Positions 17,347-26,918 of a stretch of DNA of 64,000 nt are shown here, one piece after another. Source of the stretch: an uncultured Gammaproteobacteria bacterium (GTDB lineage Bacteria > Patescibacteriota > Patescibacteriia > CAZGFX01); contig CAZGFX010000003.1 of the NCBI GenBank assembly GCA_964524845.1, positions 115,954 through 179,953 of the forward strand, read 5' to 3'. The notes beneath the pieces are model-generated. The model did not search any database. It saw only the letters and a list, made by a program, of their open reading frames with translations, and had not been told where the DNA came from. Both the position numbers and the translations under genes were made by a program. Each line of letters starts with the position of its first letter. Position 1 is the first letter of the stretch.

Positions 17347-18675
17347 TTATTTATTATCGGAATCAGTATTGGTCTCACTGTCTGAAACCGTCTCTTCTGA
17401 TGACTCTTTTTTTGTTTCTTCTATCACTGATTCTTGCGATTCGTTTTGTTTTGTTTCAGAAACATCTTTCATTATGACAGTTTCATCATTAGAAAAATCT
17501 GTTGTCTGATCAAAAGAAGCACCATCTTGCGATCTGCCAGCATTTGGATCTGTCATGTATTCACTCTCGTTTTCGCTTAATACATTTATTCTCCAACCAA
17601 CTAGACGAGAAGCAAGTCTTACGTTCTGTCCTCCTTTTCCTATAGCAAGTGAAAGCTGATCATTTGAAACCAAAACATTTGCAGTTTTTTGTTCTGGAAA
17701 CAGTTTAATATCAATTAGGTCTGCCGGTGATAGAGCAGATGTAATAAACACGGCCATATCATTTGAATAACTTACAATGTCTATCTTCTCTCCGCCAAGT
17801 TCATTAATAATAGTTTGTACACGTGTTCCTCCCTGTCCAACACACGAACCAAGCGCATCAATTTTTGGATCCGTGCTCGCAACCGCAATCTTCGTTCGTG
17901 CTCCAGCTTCACGCGCAACACCTTTGATTTCGACAAGCCCTGATGCAATTTCCGGAACTTCTGCTGTAAACAATTCTTTTACTAGATCAGGATGACGATG
18001 AGAAAGAATTATTGAAACGCCTCGTGGACCGGACTCAACACGTAAAAGATAAAATTTAAATCTGCTTCCTTGCGCATATCTTTCTCGTGGAAGTTGTTCC
18101 TCATATGGCAATATGGCAGAATGTTTTCCGAGCTCAAGTATAATATTTCTTCCATCCTGACGAAGTACTTGTGCAATGACAATTGTGCGCTCTTTGTCTT
18201 TGTATTGTTCAAACACTGATTCGCGTTCTGATTCTCGAAGTTTTTGTATCACAACTTGTTTTGCTGTAAGAGCAGCGACACGTCCGAACTCACCAGGAAT
18301 TTCAAGTGGTGTTATAACCTCTCCTCCGATCTCGAGTGTTTTATCTATTTTTTTTGCATCTTTAAGCATTATCTGATATACAGGATTGAATCGCTTCACG
18401 ATAGGCTTACCTAATTCATTGAGTTCTGGTTCCGCTGGTTGTACAACATTACCCTCCTCATCAAATTCCATGTCTTCAACAACTTCTTTTACCTCAAAAA
18501 CATCTATTTTTCCAGTATTTATATCAAATTTTGTACGAATATGGTGATCTTTTGTTGCAAAATCTTTTCTATATGCAGCAGCAAGAGCCTGCTCGATTGT
18601 TGCGAGAACAATATCAAAAGAAAGTCCTTTTTCTTCGCATATTTGCTCTATAGCTAGCTTTATTTCGTTTGCCAT
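17347..18675 (-). CDS. nusA: transcription termination/antitermination factor NusA, with an acidic Ser/Glu/Asp-rich C-terminal tail
   Basis: An N-terminal NusA domain, an S1 domain, KH motifs 'GKGGQNVRLA', and a low-complexity acidic tail. Confidence 0.9.
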   Translation of the reverse strand: MANEIKLAIEQICEEKGLSFDIVLATIEQALAAAYRKDFATKDHHIRTKFDINTGKIDVFEVKEVVEDMEFDEEGNVVQPAEPELNELGKPIVKRFNPVYQIMLKDAKKIDKTLEIGGEVITPLEIPGEFGRVAALTAKQVVIQKLRESERESVFEQYKDKERTIVIAQVLRQDGRNIILELGKHSAILPYEEQLPRERYAQGSRFKFYLLRVESGPRGVSIILSHRHPDLVKELFTAEVPEIASGLVEIKGVAREAGARTKIAVASTDPKIDALGSCVGQGGTRVQTIINELGGEKIDIVSYSNDMAVFITSALSPADLIDIKLFPEQKTANVLVSNDQLSLAIGKGGQNVRLASRLVGWRINVLSENESEYMTDPNAGRSQDGASFDQTTDFSNDETVIMKDVSETKQNESQESVIEETKKESSEETVSDSETNTDSDNK

Positions 18676-18802
18676 AATAATTTTTAACCAATTAAAAAAG
18701 CCAGCTTTTAGTAAGCTGACTTAATACAATACAAGTCTATCAAAACAAATAATTGTGTCAATTGCGAAATTTTTACAAAGACAGGCTACGGATATTTTGA
18801 AC

Positions 18803-19792
18803 TTATTCTTTTTTGTTATCCTCTTTTTCAATGATGGATTCGTTATATATGTTCTCTATTTTTGTTTTTGCTGCATCATATAACAAACGAGTGTTTTTTA
18901 TGATGTTTGATATGTACGACTTAATAGATAAAATAATGTTGGATATTTTTTCTTTTATATTTGGTGTTTTTGTTGATATTTTTTCGTATATGTAATTCCA
19001 TAATGATAGAACAAAGTCTGTGCACGTATTCATTGTTTTTCTTAATATAAATAAAAACTTATTATACCAAGAAACACCATCTTCGATTATTTCTTTGTTT
19101 TCTATTTCGTTGTCCTCATCATCTCTTCGAGTAATAATAGCCACTATAATTAAAACAACGAAGATCCCAATAATAGCATAACCTATCACAGTGCCATACG
19201 AACCTTTTGTGTCGGTAGGCACAGATGGTATTGTGTTTTGAAAATCTTCTTTTGCTTGTTCATTTTGAGAAGGTGTTATAATCACTTCTTTTTCAACGGT
19301 TTTAGAGGCTGGTTCTGTTGTTTTTCCGTCTTTTTCTTTTTCGGTTATTATCGCCTTGTCTGTGGTATTTTCATCAATCAATCGATCTCGAAGAACAACC
19401 CCAGTATAATTAAGATAAAAAGGGAAAACGTCTGATTTATAGCTTCGATCGCGTTTACTTAAATTATATGTAATGAAAAATAAATAATGTTTTCCATCAG
19501 TAAGTTTATCTGCAATATCAATATTCCAAGAAACAACATCGTTTTTTCCTAAACGGTCCACCTCGGCATCTCCAAGCCATATACCTTGATCCGTATATAC
19601 CTCAATCACTGTGTTTCTCCATGTGATACCGAACATTCCTCTCTCATTACTTCCTGTGACAAGTGCTGCTGGGACAGGACATGCATACAAACTTTTTGTA
19701 CACGGATCCGGAAGTTTCAAAAAAGCATTTGCTGATGGAGCAAGCGACAATATGCACAATGCAATAAAAGAGATAATAAATGTTTTTCTCAT
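18803..19792 (-). CDS. hypothetical secreted protein with signal peptide and C-terminal TM anchor
   Basis: 'MRKTFIISFIALCILSLAPSANA' signal peptide. A hydrophobic segment 'YAIIGIFVVLIIVAIIT' in the middle. Confidence 0.5.
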   Translation of the reverse strand: MRKTFIISFIALCILSLAPSANAFLKLPDPCTKSLYACPVPAALVTGSNERGMFGITWRNTVIEVYTDQGIWLGDAEVDRLGKNDVVSWNIDIADKLTDGKHYLFFITYNLSKRDRSYKSDVFPFYLNYTGVVLRDRLIDENTTDKAIITEKEKDGKTTEPASKTVEKEVIITPSQNEQAKEDFQNTIPSVPTDTKGSYGTVIGYAIIGIFVVLIIVAIITRRDDEDNEIENKEIIEDGVSWYNKFLFILRKTMNTCTDFVLSLWNYIYEKISTKTPNIKEKISNIILSIKSYISNIIKNTRLLYDAAKTKIENIYNESIIEKEDNKKE

Positions 19793-19900
19793 ATGTGTTT
19801 AAGTGTTACATGAAAAGCGTATAAACCGCTTTACTGCGTTCAACGTACATACTAGCGCACTTATTACGAAGTCGTAACACCTTGGGTGTTGATAGACTGT

Positions 19901-20290
19901 TTATAACATAATGTTTTTTAAATGCTCTATCTTCAATTGATTTTTGGCTTTCTTTTCTATAAAAAGTCCGTCAATTCGAACAGACTGTACCCACGGATGG
20001 GCCAAAATATAATAATCAACCATCATATATAGTTTTTTCATTTTTTGCTCATTAATTGCATATATTCCGCCTCCGAACTGGCTTGTTCGCCTCAGTTTCA
20101 CTTCAACAAAAACATGTTCTTTCGTATCTCCATCAACAGCAACAATATCTATCTCTCCACATCGTGCATATACATTCCGACCAACGATCATATAACCGCG
20201 AAATTGTAAATATCGAACAGCGATTTGTTCACCAAATGATCCGAGTTTTTTCGCACCGCGGAAACTACTTTTTGAAATTTCTTTTTTCAT
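19901..20290 (-). CDS. YraN-family (UPF0102) putative endonuclease
   Basis: 'GEQIAVRYLQFRGYMIVGRNVYARCGEIDIVAVDGDTKEHVFVEVK' matches the UPF0102 consensus. Confidence 0.8.
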   Translation of the reverse strand: MKKEISKSSFRGAKKLGSFGEQIAVRYLQFRGYMIVGRNVYARCGEIDIVAVDGDTKEHVFVEVKLRRTSQFGGGIYAINEQKMKKLYMMVDYYILAHPWVQSVRIDGLFIEKKAKNQLKIEHLKNIML

Positions 20291-21072
20291 ACTCCATTAA
20301 TATTATTTTTAACGGTGTTCCATGCGAGCGGATTTCGACGAATATATTCTCTTGTTCTGTATAATTCTTTTTCATCCCGAATAATTCGATCATAAAACAA
20401 TGATTGCCATGCGAAATCAGGATTTATTTTTTTTCCACATTTTGTCACTCCTATTTTAAAACCTCGAATTATTGATGCTATATTGAGAGACTGTGGGCCA
20501 AATCTATTACCAGTGCTTTGTTTGGCAAAATTCTGTGGAGATATAGTAGCCTGTGGTGGAGACACAATAGCCTGTGGAGACACAATAGCCTGTGGAGACA
20601 CAATAGCCTGTGGAGACACAAAATTTTGTGTCTCCACAGTCTTCACAGAAAAAACTGTTTTTTCAAAAGATTGTGTCTCCACAGTCTTCACAGAAAAAAC
20701 TGTTTTTTCAAAAGATTGTGTCTCCACCACAGACTTTTCAAAAGATTGTGTCTCCACAGAATTTTGCCCTTTCAAAACCTGTTTTCTTACCTTGTATTTT
20801 ATCCGAATGATGCCATGAATATGATCTGGCATAACAACAAAAGCATCAACTGATACATGTCTGAAATGTTTTGGTATATCCAACCAACAACGACGAACAA
20901 TATATCCCAATCGCGAATATTTCATCTTTATTCCGCATATCTCACCGAAATAATGAACTCTGTTTTTGGTACATATTGTAATGAAATAATATCCGGGAGA
21001 CGAATAATCCCAAAACGGCAATCGTGTTGACGAAATCCTATATATTCCACGAAAATATAATTTGTTTTTCAT
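20287..21072 (-). CDS. REP-associated tyrosine (Y1, IS200-like HUH) transposase with an in-frame ~100-aa repeat insertion
   Basis: HUH motif 'MPDHIHGII'. N-terminal 'YYFITICTKNRVHYFGE'. C-terminal 'QSLFYDRIIRDEKELYRTREYIRRNP' (Y1 transposase). Between them lies 'VETQSFEK...VSPQAIVSPQAIV', encoded by DNA tandem repeats. Confidence 0.7.
   Translation of the reverse strand: MKNKLYFRGIYRISSTRLPFWDYSSPGYYFITICTKNRVHYFGEICGIKMKYSRLGYIVRRCWLDIPKHFRHVSVDAFVVMPDHIHGIIRIKYKVRKQVLKGQNSVETQSFEKSVVETQSFEKTVFSVKTVETQSFEKTVFSVKTVETQNFVSPQAIVSPQAIVSPQAIVSPPQATISPQNFAKQSTGNRFGPQSLNIASIIRGFKIGVTKCGKKINPDFAWQSLFYDRIIRDEKELYRTREYIRRNPLAWNTVKNNINGV
20500..20790. repeat. Intragenic tandem and palindromic repeat cluster: 18-nt 'cctgtggagacacaatag' x4, the perfect palindrome 'ctgtggagacacaaaattttgtgtctccacag', and a 45-nt unit x2
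   Basis: Read directly from the sequence. Inverted copies of 'ctgtggagacacaa'. The reading frame stays open. Confidence 0.85.
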
Positions 21073-21153
21073 AAAAATAAAACACCATGCTCAATGGTGT
21101 TTTGCTGGGAAATGATACGCTCAATGTAAAATTAAGACGATTCTTTCAAAATA

Positions 21154-21606
21154 TTATTTCCGTTTCTGATTGTGTTCTGGAAGATATTTCGCATACTCCT
21201 GTGTGTGTTTCGCTGCTATAAACTGCTCGTTGCGACGTTTTTTTTGAAACATTCTCAAAATTGAAATCCCATTGTATTTTAAAATCGCACGAATAATATT
21301 AATTCCTGTAACAATAAACAACAACAAAAACCATATTCTCATACTAATATACACGGCGTGTTGCATTCGAGAAAATAATATAAAACCTCCGAAAAGCGCG
21401 AACCAAAAACAAATACCGATAAGGCTCGATAAAAGTTGTTTTGTTTTTTCTTGTAAATGTTTTTTTAATTTCTTGAAAACAAACAATACGATTGATGCAA
21501 CAAAAACACCAACAAACAAAACAATGAAAAACTTTTCCATGTAATCAACAAATGGAACCGGTGATCGATCAAACCAAAAATAAAATCTGAAAAAATTTGG
21601 ATTCAT
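21154..21606 (-). CDS. hypothetical integral membrane protein
   Basis: 150 aa, 3-4 hydrophobic helices, basic C-terminus. Confidence 0.5.
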   Translation of the reverse strand: MNPNFFRFYFWFDRSPVPFVDYMEKFFIVLFVGVFVASIVLFVFKKLKKHLQEKTKQLLSSLIGICFWFALFGGFILFSRMQHAVYISMRIWFLLLFIVTGINIIRAILKYNGISILRMFQKKRRNEQFIAAKHTQEYAKYLPEHNQKRK

Positions 21607-21919
21607 ATAATACTAGAATTACATGTTAGATATTAGCAAATAATTATAATAAATGTAAACCCCTTCGCGTCCTCGAGAAAATGGGGTTATTTTAAGAAAG
21701 AAACAAATTATTTATATTTAGAATTGTATTATAAAAAAACATTGTGGCGTTTGGGGTAAATCCCGTCTTTTTATGCCTATAATAAGAGCTTATTATTGTT
21801 TTTAAGCGAGCTCTAATTCATTGATTAATAAATATTATCGTAAACGACCGGGATAAATCTAAGAAAAGAAGTCGCAAATATTTTTTCATTATAGATAATC
21901 CTTTTCAATCCTTAAAAAA

Positions 21920-21955
21920 TAAAAGTCCGATGCATGTTATGCAAAGGACTTTTGC
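21920..21955 (-). terminator. intrinsic terminator (minus strand) after the 21967..22344 gene
   Basis: Minus strand: 'aaaagtcctttgcataacatgcatcggactttt' plus T-run. Confidence 0.5.
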
Positions 21956-21966
21956 GACTTGTGGTT

Positions 21967-22344
21967 TCAATTGATATCGACCACAATGACTTTTCCAGCT
22001 CCCCTCATATTGACCAGTTCCTCGACAGGATCACGAAACTTATATCGCCCGGGCGGAAGATCGTGAACGATAAGCTCTTCACCAAAACGAGCAACTTCCT
22101 CATTGAGTCGGCTCCGCCAGTTTTCCGGCGTTATATCCGAAAAATCAATCCCCTTGAGTTGTGGAAACTGTTCGAGAAGAAACGGCTCGCACTCATCCGA
22201 GGCACGCTTAAACTGATGTTGTAAAAGGCTGTCGCCTGTCATGAAATTCAGGATGTCGCGTACTCCATCCATGCAGCGAGGCGACACTAACTTACTGGTT
22301 GTAATACTAAGAATATCGCCCAAATGAAACTTTTTTGTTGCCAT
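21967..22344 (-). CDS. hypothetical protein; GC-rich island
   Basis: 125-aa ORF. Its GC content (about 50%) is clearly above the flanks. Confidence 0.4.
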   Translation of the reverse strand: MATKKFHLGDILSITTSKLVSPRCMDGVRDILNFMTGDSLLQHQFKRASDECEPFLLEQFPQLKGIDFSDITPENWRSRLNEEVARFGEELIVHDLPPGRYKFRDPVEELVNMRGAGKVIVVDIN

Positions 22345-22647
22345 TTTTAACCTCCTTGTAAAAGATCTGTTCCACGATTCTCTCGTGTAGAGAAAGCCAA
22401 TTAAGCTTCAAAGTATAATAGCAAAATATATTAAAAATGTCAAGCAAACAAGTTTATCCGGCTACAAACCAGGAGAAATCTAACCTATAAAAAAACAATT
22501 CTAGATGTTTTCCACTAATATGTATTATGAGGAGATTAAACCGAACACAAAATACTAGATATTTATTTCACGATATAAGTTCGTAATCTCTCCATCTCAT
22601 AATTCTTAATTCGCAATCCGTAATCTCCTATCTCTTAATTCTCTTCT

Positions 22648-23364
22648 TTATGAATTAATAAACACCAACCCAAAATGATAATCTCCTGGAACAAATTCTC
22701 TCTCTAGAATATACCCGCGTTTTGTTGCAATAGCTATTAACTCTTCTTTCTTTACTCTTTGTTCTTTAGGTGGCCCCATATTATCTGTTTCTGGCAACCA
22801 ATCAACTATAACGAGTCGCCCTCCTGGTTTAATAAGCCGATGGATTTCGAAAAACATATCTGAACGCTTCTGTGATTGAAAAAATAAATTAATCGCAAGA
22901 CCAACATCAACACAATTATCAGGAAGGTTTGTTGCGTTATACATTTCTAAATCGGTCCAAATCGGTTCCACATTAAAAACACCTTCATCAATACATCTTC
23001 TTTTTATTACCTCAAGCAATTCTTTTACGACATCAATTGCATATACTTTCCCTCTTGCTCCTACGAGCTTCGCAGCTTGTATTGAATAATATGCAGCCGC
23101 CCCACAACCAAAATCAGCAACAACATCTCCGACACCTATTTTTGCGTATGTTTCAAGAATAAGTTTTGCATCAATAAAATTTGCACCTCCGGAGACAGTT
23201 TTAGATCCTGGAGCAGCAAGCACAGCGGAAGGAATCGGTCTGCCGTGTTCACGAAGCGCAGACGCCGAATTCGTAAGATTCGGCTCAATATGAGACAAAT
23301 CGGCGGGATCAATTCCCGCATCAATATTCATATCATGAAACTGGGTCGGTGGTGTTAAAGACAT
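22648..23364 (-). CDS. class I SAM-dependent methyltransferase
   Basis: Motif I 'VADFGCGAAAY', motif post-I 'AIDVV', and the 'IKPGGRLVIVD' region. Confidence 0.8.
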   Translation of the reverse strand: MSLTPPTQFHDMNIDAGIDPADLSHIEPNLTNSASALREHGRPIPSAVLAAPGSKTVSGGANFIDAKLILETYAKIGVGDVVADFGCGAAAYYSIQAAKLVGARGKVYAIDVVKELLEVIKRRCIDEGVFNVEPIWTDLEMYNATNLPDNCVDVGLAINLFFQSQKRSDMFFEIHRLIKPGGRLVIVDWLPETDNMGPPKEQRVKKEELIAIATKRGYILEREFVPGDYHFGLVFINS

Positions 23365-23602
23365 TGTTGTGTTTTTTTATTATATATGTATTATATCATT
23401 TTTCTCCAATTAAAAAAACTAATGACACTAATACATGAACGAACAAAAAATAAAAATATATATAACAAATTTTAAAATTATTTCAAAATGAAAATGTATT
23501 ATTTTCTTTCTAACAAGAATTGTGCGTTTTCAATTAATTCTTATCAAAAAATATTTATTAATCAACTATTATTTGATAAATAACATTAGATCGAGACCCA
23601 TT

Positions 23603-24220
23603 TTATATTTTTCTGTTATTACAAAAACTTACAAGCGGTTCAAAACTCATTCTATGAATAGGACATGGACCATGCTTATATATTGCTTCAACGTGTTTCT
23701 CTGTACAATATCCGACATGATGATCAAAACCATACAGAGGATACTTTTCAGACTCTTTTGTCATAAGAGTATCGCGATATACTTTTGCGATAATGCTGGC
23801 CGCGCCAACACATTTATACTTACTATCACCTTGTATTTCGTTTTTATATGGAACCTCTTTGTGTTTCGCGAGGCGCCCGCGATCGAGAACAAAGCCCTTC
23901 ATAAAATCAGAAATTATTATATCAATTGTCGTGTTCACAGAATTGATAATATCATAAACGAGATTATACTGCGCTTGCACGATACCATCTCGGTCAATCA
24001 CTTCCGCGGGCGCCTCGCGAATGAAGCACTCAACAGCATGTTCTCTAATAAAAACATCAAGCTCGTTCCTTTTCTTTTTTGTGACAAGCTTCGAATCTTT
24101 AATATGCTGAAAAAAATCATCTGTTTCACAATCTGCGCACATGACAACTCCTCCGACAACAATCGGTCCCGCGACACAACCCTTACCAACCTCATCAATA
24201 CCAAGAATAAATGTGCTCAT
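23603..24220 (-). CDS. rnhB: ribonuclease HII
   Basis: 'ILGIDEVGKGCVAGPIVV', 'DSKLVT', 'ASIIAKVYRD', 'GYCTEKHVEAIYKHGPCPIHRMSF'. Start placed at the internal Met 'MSTFILG'. Confidence 0.85.
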   Translation of the reverse strand: MSTFILGIDEVGKGCVAGPIVVGGVVMCADCETDDFFQHIKDSKLVTKKKRNELDVFIREHAVECFIREAPAEVIDRDGIVQAQYNLVYDIINSVNTTIDIIISDFMKGFVLDRGRLAKHKEVPYKNEIQGDSKYKCVGAASIIAKVYRDTLMTKESEKYPLYGFDHHVGYCTEKHVEAIYKHGPCPIHRMSFEPLVSFCNNRKI

Positions 24221-24316
24221 AATAATATTATATATCAGAAGAATTAATCCGTACAATTGACCATAATTACCCTCTTCTTCTAAAAAATCAACAAATCTCA
24301 TTTAAAAATTAGAAAT

Positions 24317-24345
24317 AAAAAAACCCCTTCTTTGTTTAAAAAGAA
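24317..24345 (-). terminator. intrinsic terminator (minus strand) after the 24364..26724 gene
   Basis: Minus strand: 'cctcttctttttaaacaaagaagggg' plus T7. Confidence 0.45.
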
Positions 24346-24363
24346 GAGGTGTTTAATAAATTG

Positions 24364-26724
24364 TTATGTGCTAAAAGGTATTCCAGGACGCTGATGTTCC
24401 GCAATACCATCAGGAAACAATGTTTCTTCTACTTCAGAATCTTCATCAAACAAATGACGCTCTTTTAATATACGAGACTTCAATATATCGATTGAATGAG
24501 CTATGTTCATGTTGTGTTCTAGAAGAGGTTCAATATCCTTAAAAACGTTCAACCACCATTCTTTGTCTCCTATAAGAGAGACGAACACTGTTTGAGAATT
24601 TGTTTTTCCTTCTTTGTTTTTCTTTATTTGCTCATAAAGAGATGAGTTTACCCATCTCCTATATGAACCAAGAACAACCAGTTCGAAGGGCGAAAGTCCT
24701 TTCAATAAATCGACGACTCTTTTGTGATTTTCTTCTGTAAAAGAAGGGTTGAGCAATCGTTCCATACCAATTTGCATTCGTTCCTGAATATCAAGATCAT
24801 TAATATTATCGGGCATACCATCACGTTGATAATTTCTTTTTCCACTAACCGCTTCTGTTATGTCTGCCAAACGAATCATTGTAACAAGAAATAATTTGTG
24901 AGAAAACGCCACAAACTCATCCGAAATATCATCAAAAACCAGAAACGCCTCATCTTTAGCCATTTGAGAATAAGCCTCGTGGTGTTTTCCAATAACAAAT
25001 TTTTCATTATCAGAAAAAATCTCCGCAATAATCTCACCAAGAAATGAGTGCATATCTATAACCGAACGTTCATATGGAGTAAGTTTCAGTTCGCTTTTTA
25101 AAATATGCGACGGCGTTGATAATTTTCCTATATCATGATACGTGGCATATTTTTCTAACTCGAGAATAAAACTCGATTTAGGATCATAGATCTTTCCGAT
25201 GCGCTCAACTCCCTCTTGTGTTGCTTTTTCAATAATTGATTTTTGTTCTATCGGACCTGAAGCGTTCTTATATAAATCAATCTCAGAAGAAAGAAAATAC
25301 ACCATGCGCACCTTAAACAAAAGAGCGCAATAGTGTGGAAGCAGTTCCGGAATTGAAACGGTAATCATGTTTCGAATATGTGTTGATGTTGCTTCTGAAT
25401 CCTTATACAGGATCAGTGTTTGGATAAATCTTTGTTTATTCGCTTCTTTTATCTCAGGCGTCTCAAGGAAATTTAAATCCATAAGTTTTATTTCTCTTGA
25501 AATAATCCACTGAAGTGAGGTAACGGCATCCCGCATAGCAAGATTATCCATTCCTTCGATATGATATTGAGCAATATCAACAGTATGAACATCTTCTGGA
25601 TTAAGAATCCTACCTATTTCTACTTCTAGCATTTCGGATAATAGGCTATATCCACTCTTTTTTCCATATATTCGTAATGAAGAAAGATTTTCCAATGTTT
25701 TGGTTCCGTAGACCTGTCCTGTAATTATTTCTGCCCGAACTATTTGATACATTAATGACAATGGTAATTCGTTTGTGAGAATGTCTTTTTTTACAGTACT
25801 TTGAAATTCGTTTAGAAGCATACGTCCCATATGTATGGCTTTTTCTATATCCTCTTGACGATAAATGTCCGTCGAAATCTTTTCCGGAAGAAAACGCCCA
25901 TTCGAAACCTCATCTACCAACAAACTCAAATAATTTGTACACAGAAGAATTTCGAAATTTGGAAACATAAAAGGCTCTTCTTCTTTAAATTCCTTTTGTT
26001 TGTTTTCGAACTCTTTTTGAACCTTATTAATACGATCTGATGCACCAACATAATCTTGTGCCGCAATAAGCGCGTCTACTTCATTAAGACGAAAGACGTT
26101 TACGCGAAGACTAATCTGGTTTTGTTTCTTAAGTCCGATAATTTCAAAACGATTTTCATGATAAAAAAAGTCGTTGTATACATCAATAATATACTTATAC
26201 GATTCCAAAATCGATTGAGCCGTCATGTAAAAGTGCGATTGACATTGCAAATACAGAACTATAAATCTGAAATAATAAATTAACTGTAGACTACAACCCT
26301 CTTTAGCAATCTGTTGATATATAACATAAGAGTGTTCATCTATTAATTTCATAATTCCTTTTATATCGAGATACACGGAATCAAGAACGGTTTTTACGCG
26401 AATAGGAGTAAGATAAAAACTCTTACCTATTGTGTTCAGTATTTCTATAATCACGTGCATTAAACGAAGATAATCCCCTGTTTCATAATATACATCTTTA
26501 AGCAAATCAAAAATTTCTTTTGGATTTGAAAAAATTAGAAACGGAAGATATCGACGAATTTTTTCAGTATTTTTATGATGCCGTTCAGTTCCCAAAAAAG
26601 GTAATCTTTTGTCTCCTTTATGACGTCTGTTAAGTTCGCTTATTGCCGTAAGATATATAACAATATCGTTTATATCAGGTTTGTCTGGCAAATTTACAAT
26701 TGTCGATTCTGATATAAGATCCAT
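24364..26724 (-). CDS. large HD-domain (HD-GYP-like) phosphohydrolase-family protein with an unknown ~500-aa N-terminal region
   Basis: 'YHDIGKLSTPSHILKSELKLTPYERSVIDMHSFLGEII' resembles the HD-GYP core 'HDIGK..IP..IL.K...LT..E...M..H...G'. 'GKHHE' follows downstream. Confidence 0.5.
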   Translation of the reverse strand: MDLISESTIVNLPDKPDINDIVIYLTAISELNRRHKGDKRLPFLGTERHHKNTEKIRRYLPFLIFSNPKEIFDLLKDVYYETGDYLRLMHVIIEILNTIGKSFYLTPIRVKTVLDSVYLDIKGIMKLIDEHSYVIYQQIAKEGCSLQLIYYFRFIVLYLQCQSHFYMTAQSILESYKYIIDVYNDFFYHENRFEIIGLKKQNQISLRVNVFRLNEVDALIAAQDYVGASDRINKVQKEFENKQKEFKEEEPFMFPNFEILLCTNYLSLLVDEVSNGRFLPEKISTDIYRQEDIEKAIHMGRMLLNEFQSTVKKDILTNELPLSLMYQIVRAEIITGQVYGTKTLENLSSLRIYGKKSGYSLLSEMLEVEIGRILNPEDVHTVDIAQYHIEGMDNLAMRDAVTSLQWIISREIKLMDLNFLETPEIKEANKQRFIQTLILYKDSEATSTHIRNMITVSIPELLPHYCALLFKVRMVYFLSSEIDLYKNASGPIEQKSIIEKATQEGVERIGKIYDPKSSFILELEKYATYHDIGKLSTPSHILKSELKLTPYERSVIDMHSFLGEIIAEIFSDNEKFVIGKHHEAYSQMAKDEAFLVFDDISDEFVAFSHKLFLVTMIRLADITEAVSGKRNYQRDGMPDNINDLDIQERMQIGMERLLNPSFTEENHKRVVDLLKGLSPFELVVLGSYRRWVNSSLYEQIKKNKEGKTNSQTVFVSLIGDKEWWLNVFKDIEPLLEHNMNIAHSIDILKSRILKERHLFDEDSEVEETLFPDGIAEHQRPGIPFST

Positions 26725-26870
26725 TTTAATCTCCTTTATTTTTTATTTTTATTTTATTTTTATCATTTTATTCTATGAATAAACAACAAAAAAAGCAAGT
26801 CAGCGTCTATTTCACAATGATATAGCCCTCTTGTCATCTTTCTATCGCAAAAATGTTATTTTTATAGAAA

Positions 26871-26900
26871 AAAACCACCTGTTAAGATGGTTTTTTGTTT
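26871..26900. terminator. bidirectional hairpin terminator
   Basis: 'aaaaaaccacctgttaagatggtttttt'. Confidence 0.45.
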
Positions 26901-26918
26901 GAATGATTAAAACAATAA

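Noticed and set aside
17777-18657. Several 60-80-aa ORFs inside and antisense to nusA and tig, and similar small antisense ORFs inside uvrB, the PBP gene and dnaA
   Set aside because: They are fully nested within strongly supported housekeeping genes. They have no RBS or promoter context and show no family resemblance. Treated as chance ORFs from AT-rich antisense sequence.
20483-20853. Three overlapping plus-strand ORFs antisense to the RAYT-like gene
   Set aside because: They are generated by the tandem and palindromic DNA repeats (repetitive peptides such as 'IACGDT' and 'SLWRHN'). The coding signal is on the minus strand, which has recognisable transposase motifs.
23522-24247. ORF 23522..24247 (+) of 241 aa opposite rnhB
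   Set aside because: It has low-complexity, Ile/Asn/Phe-rich composition typical of antisense translation of an AT-rich gene. The opposite strand encodes a textbook RNase HII.
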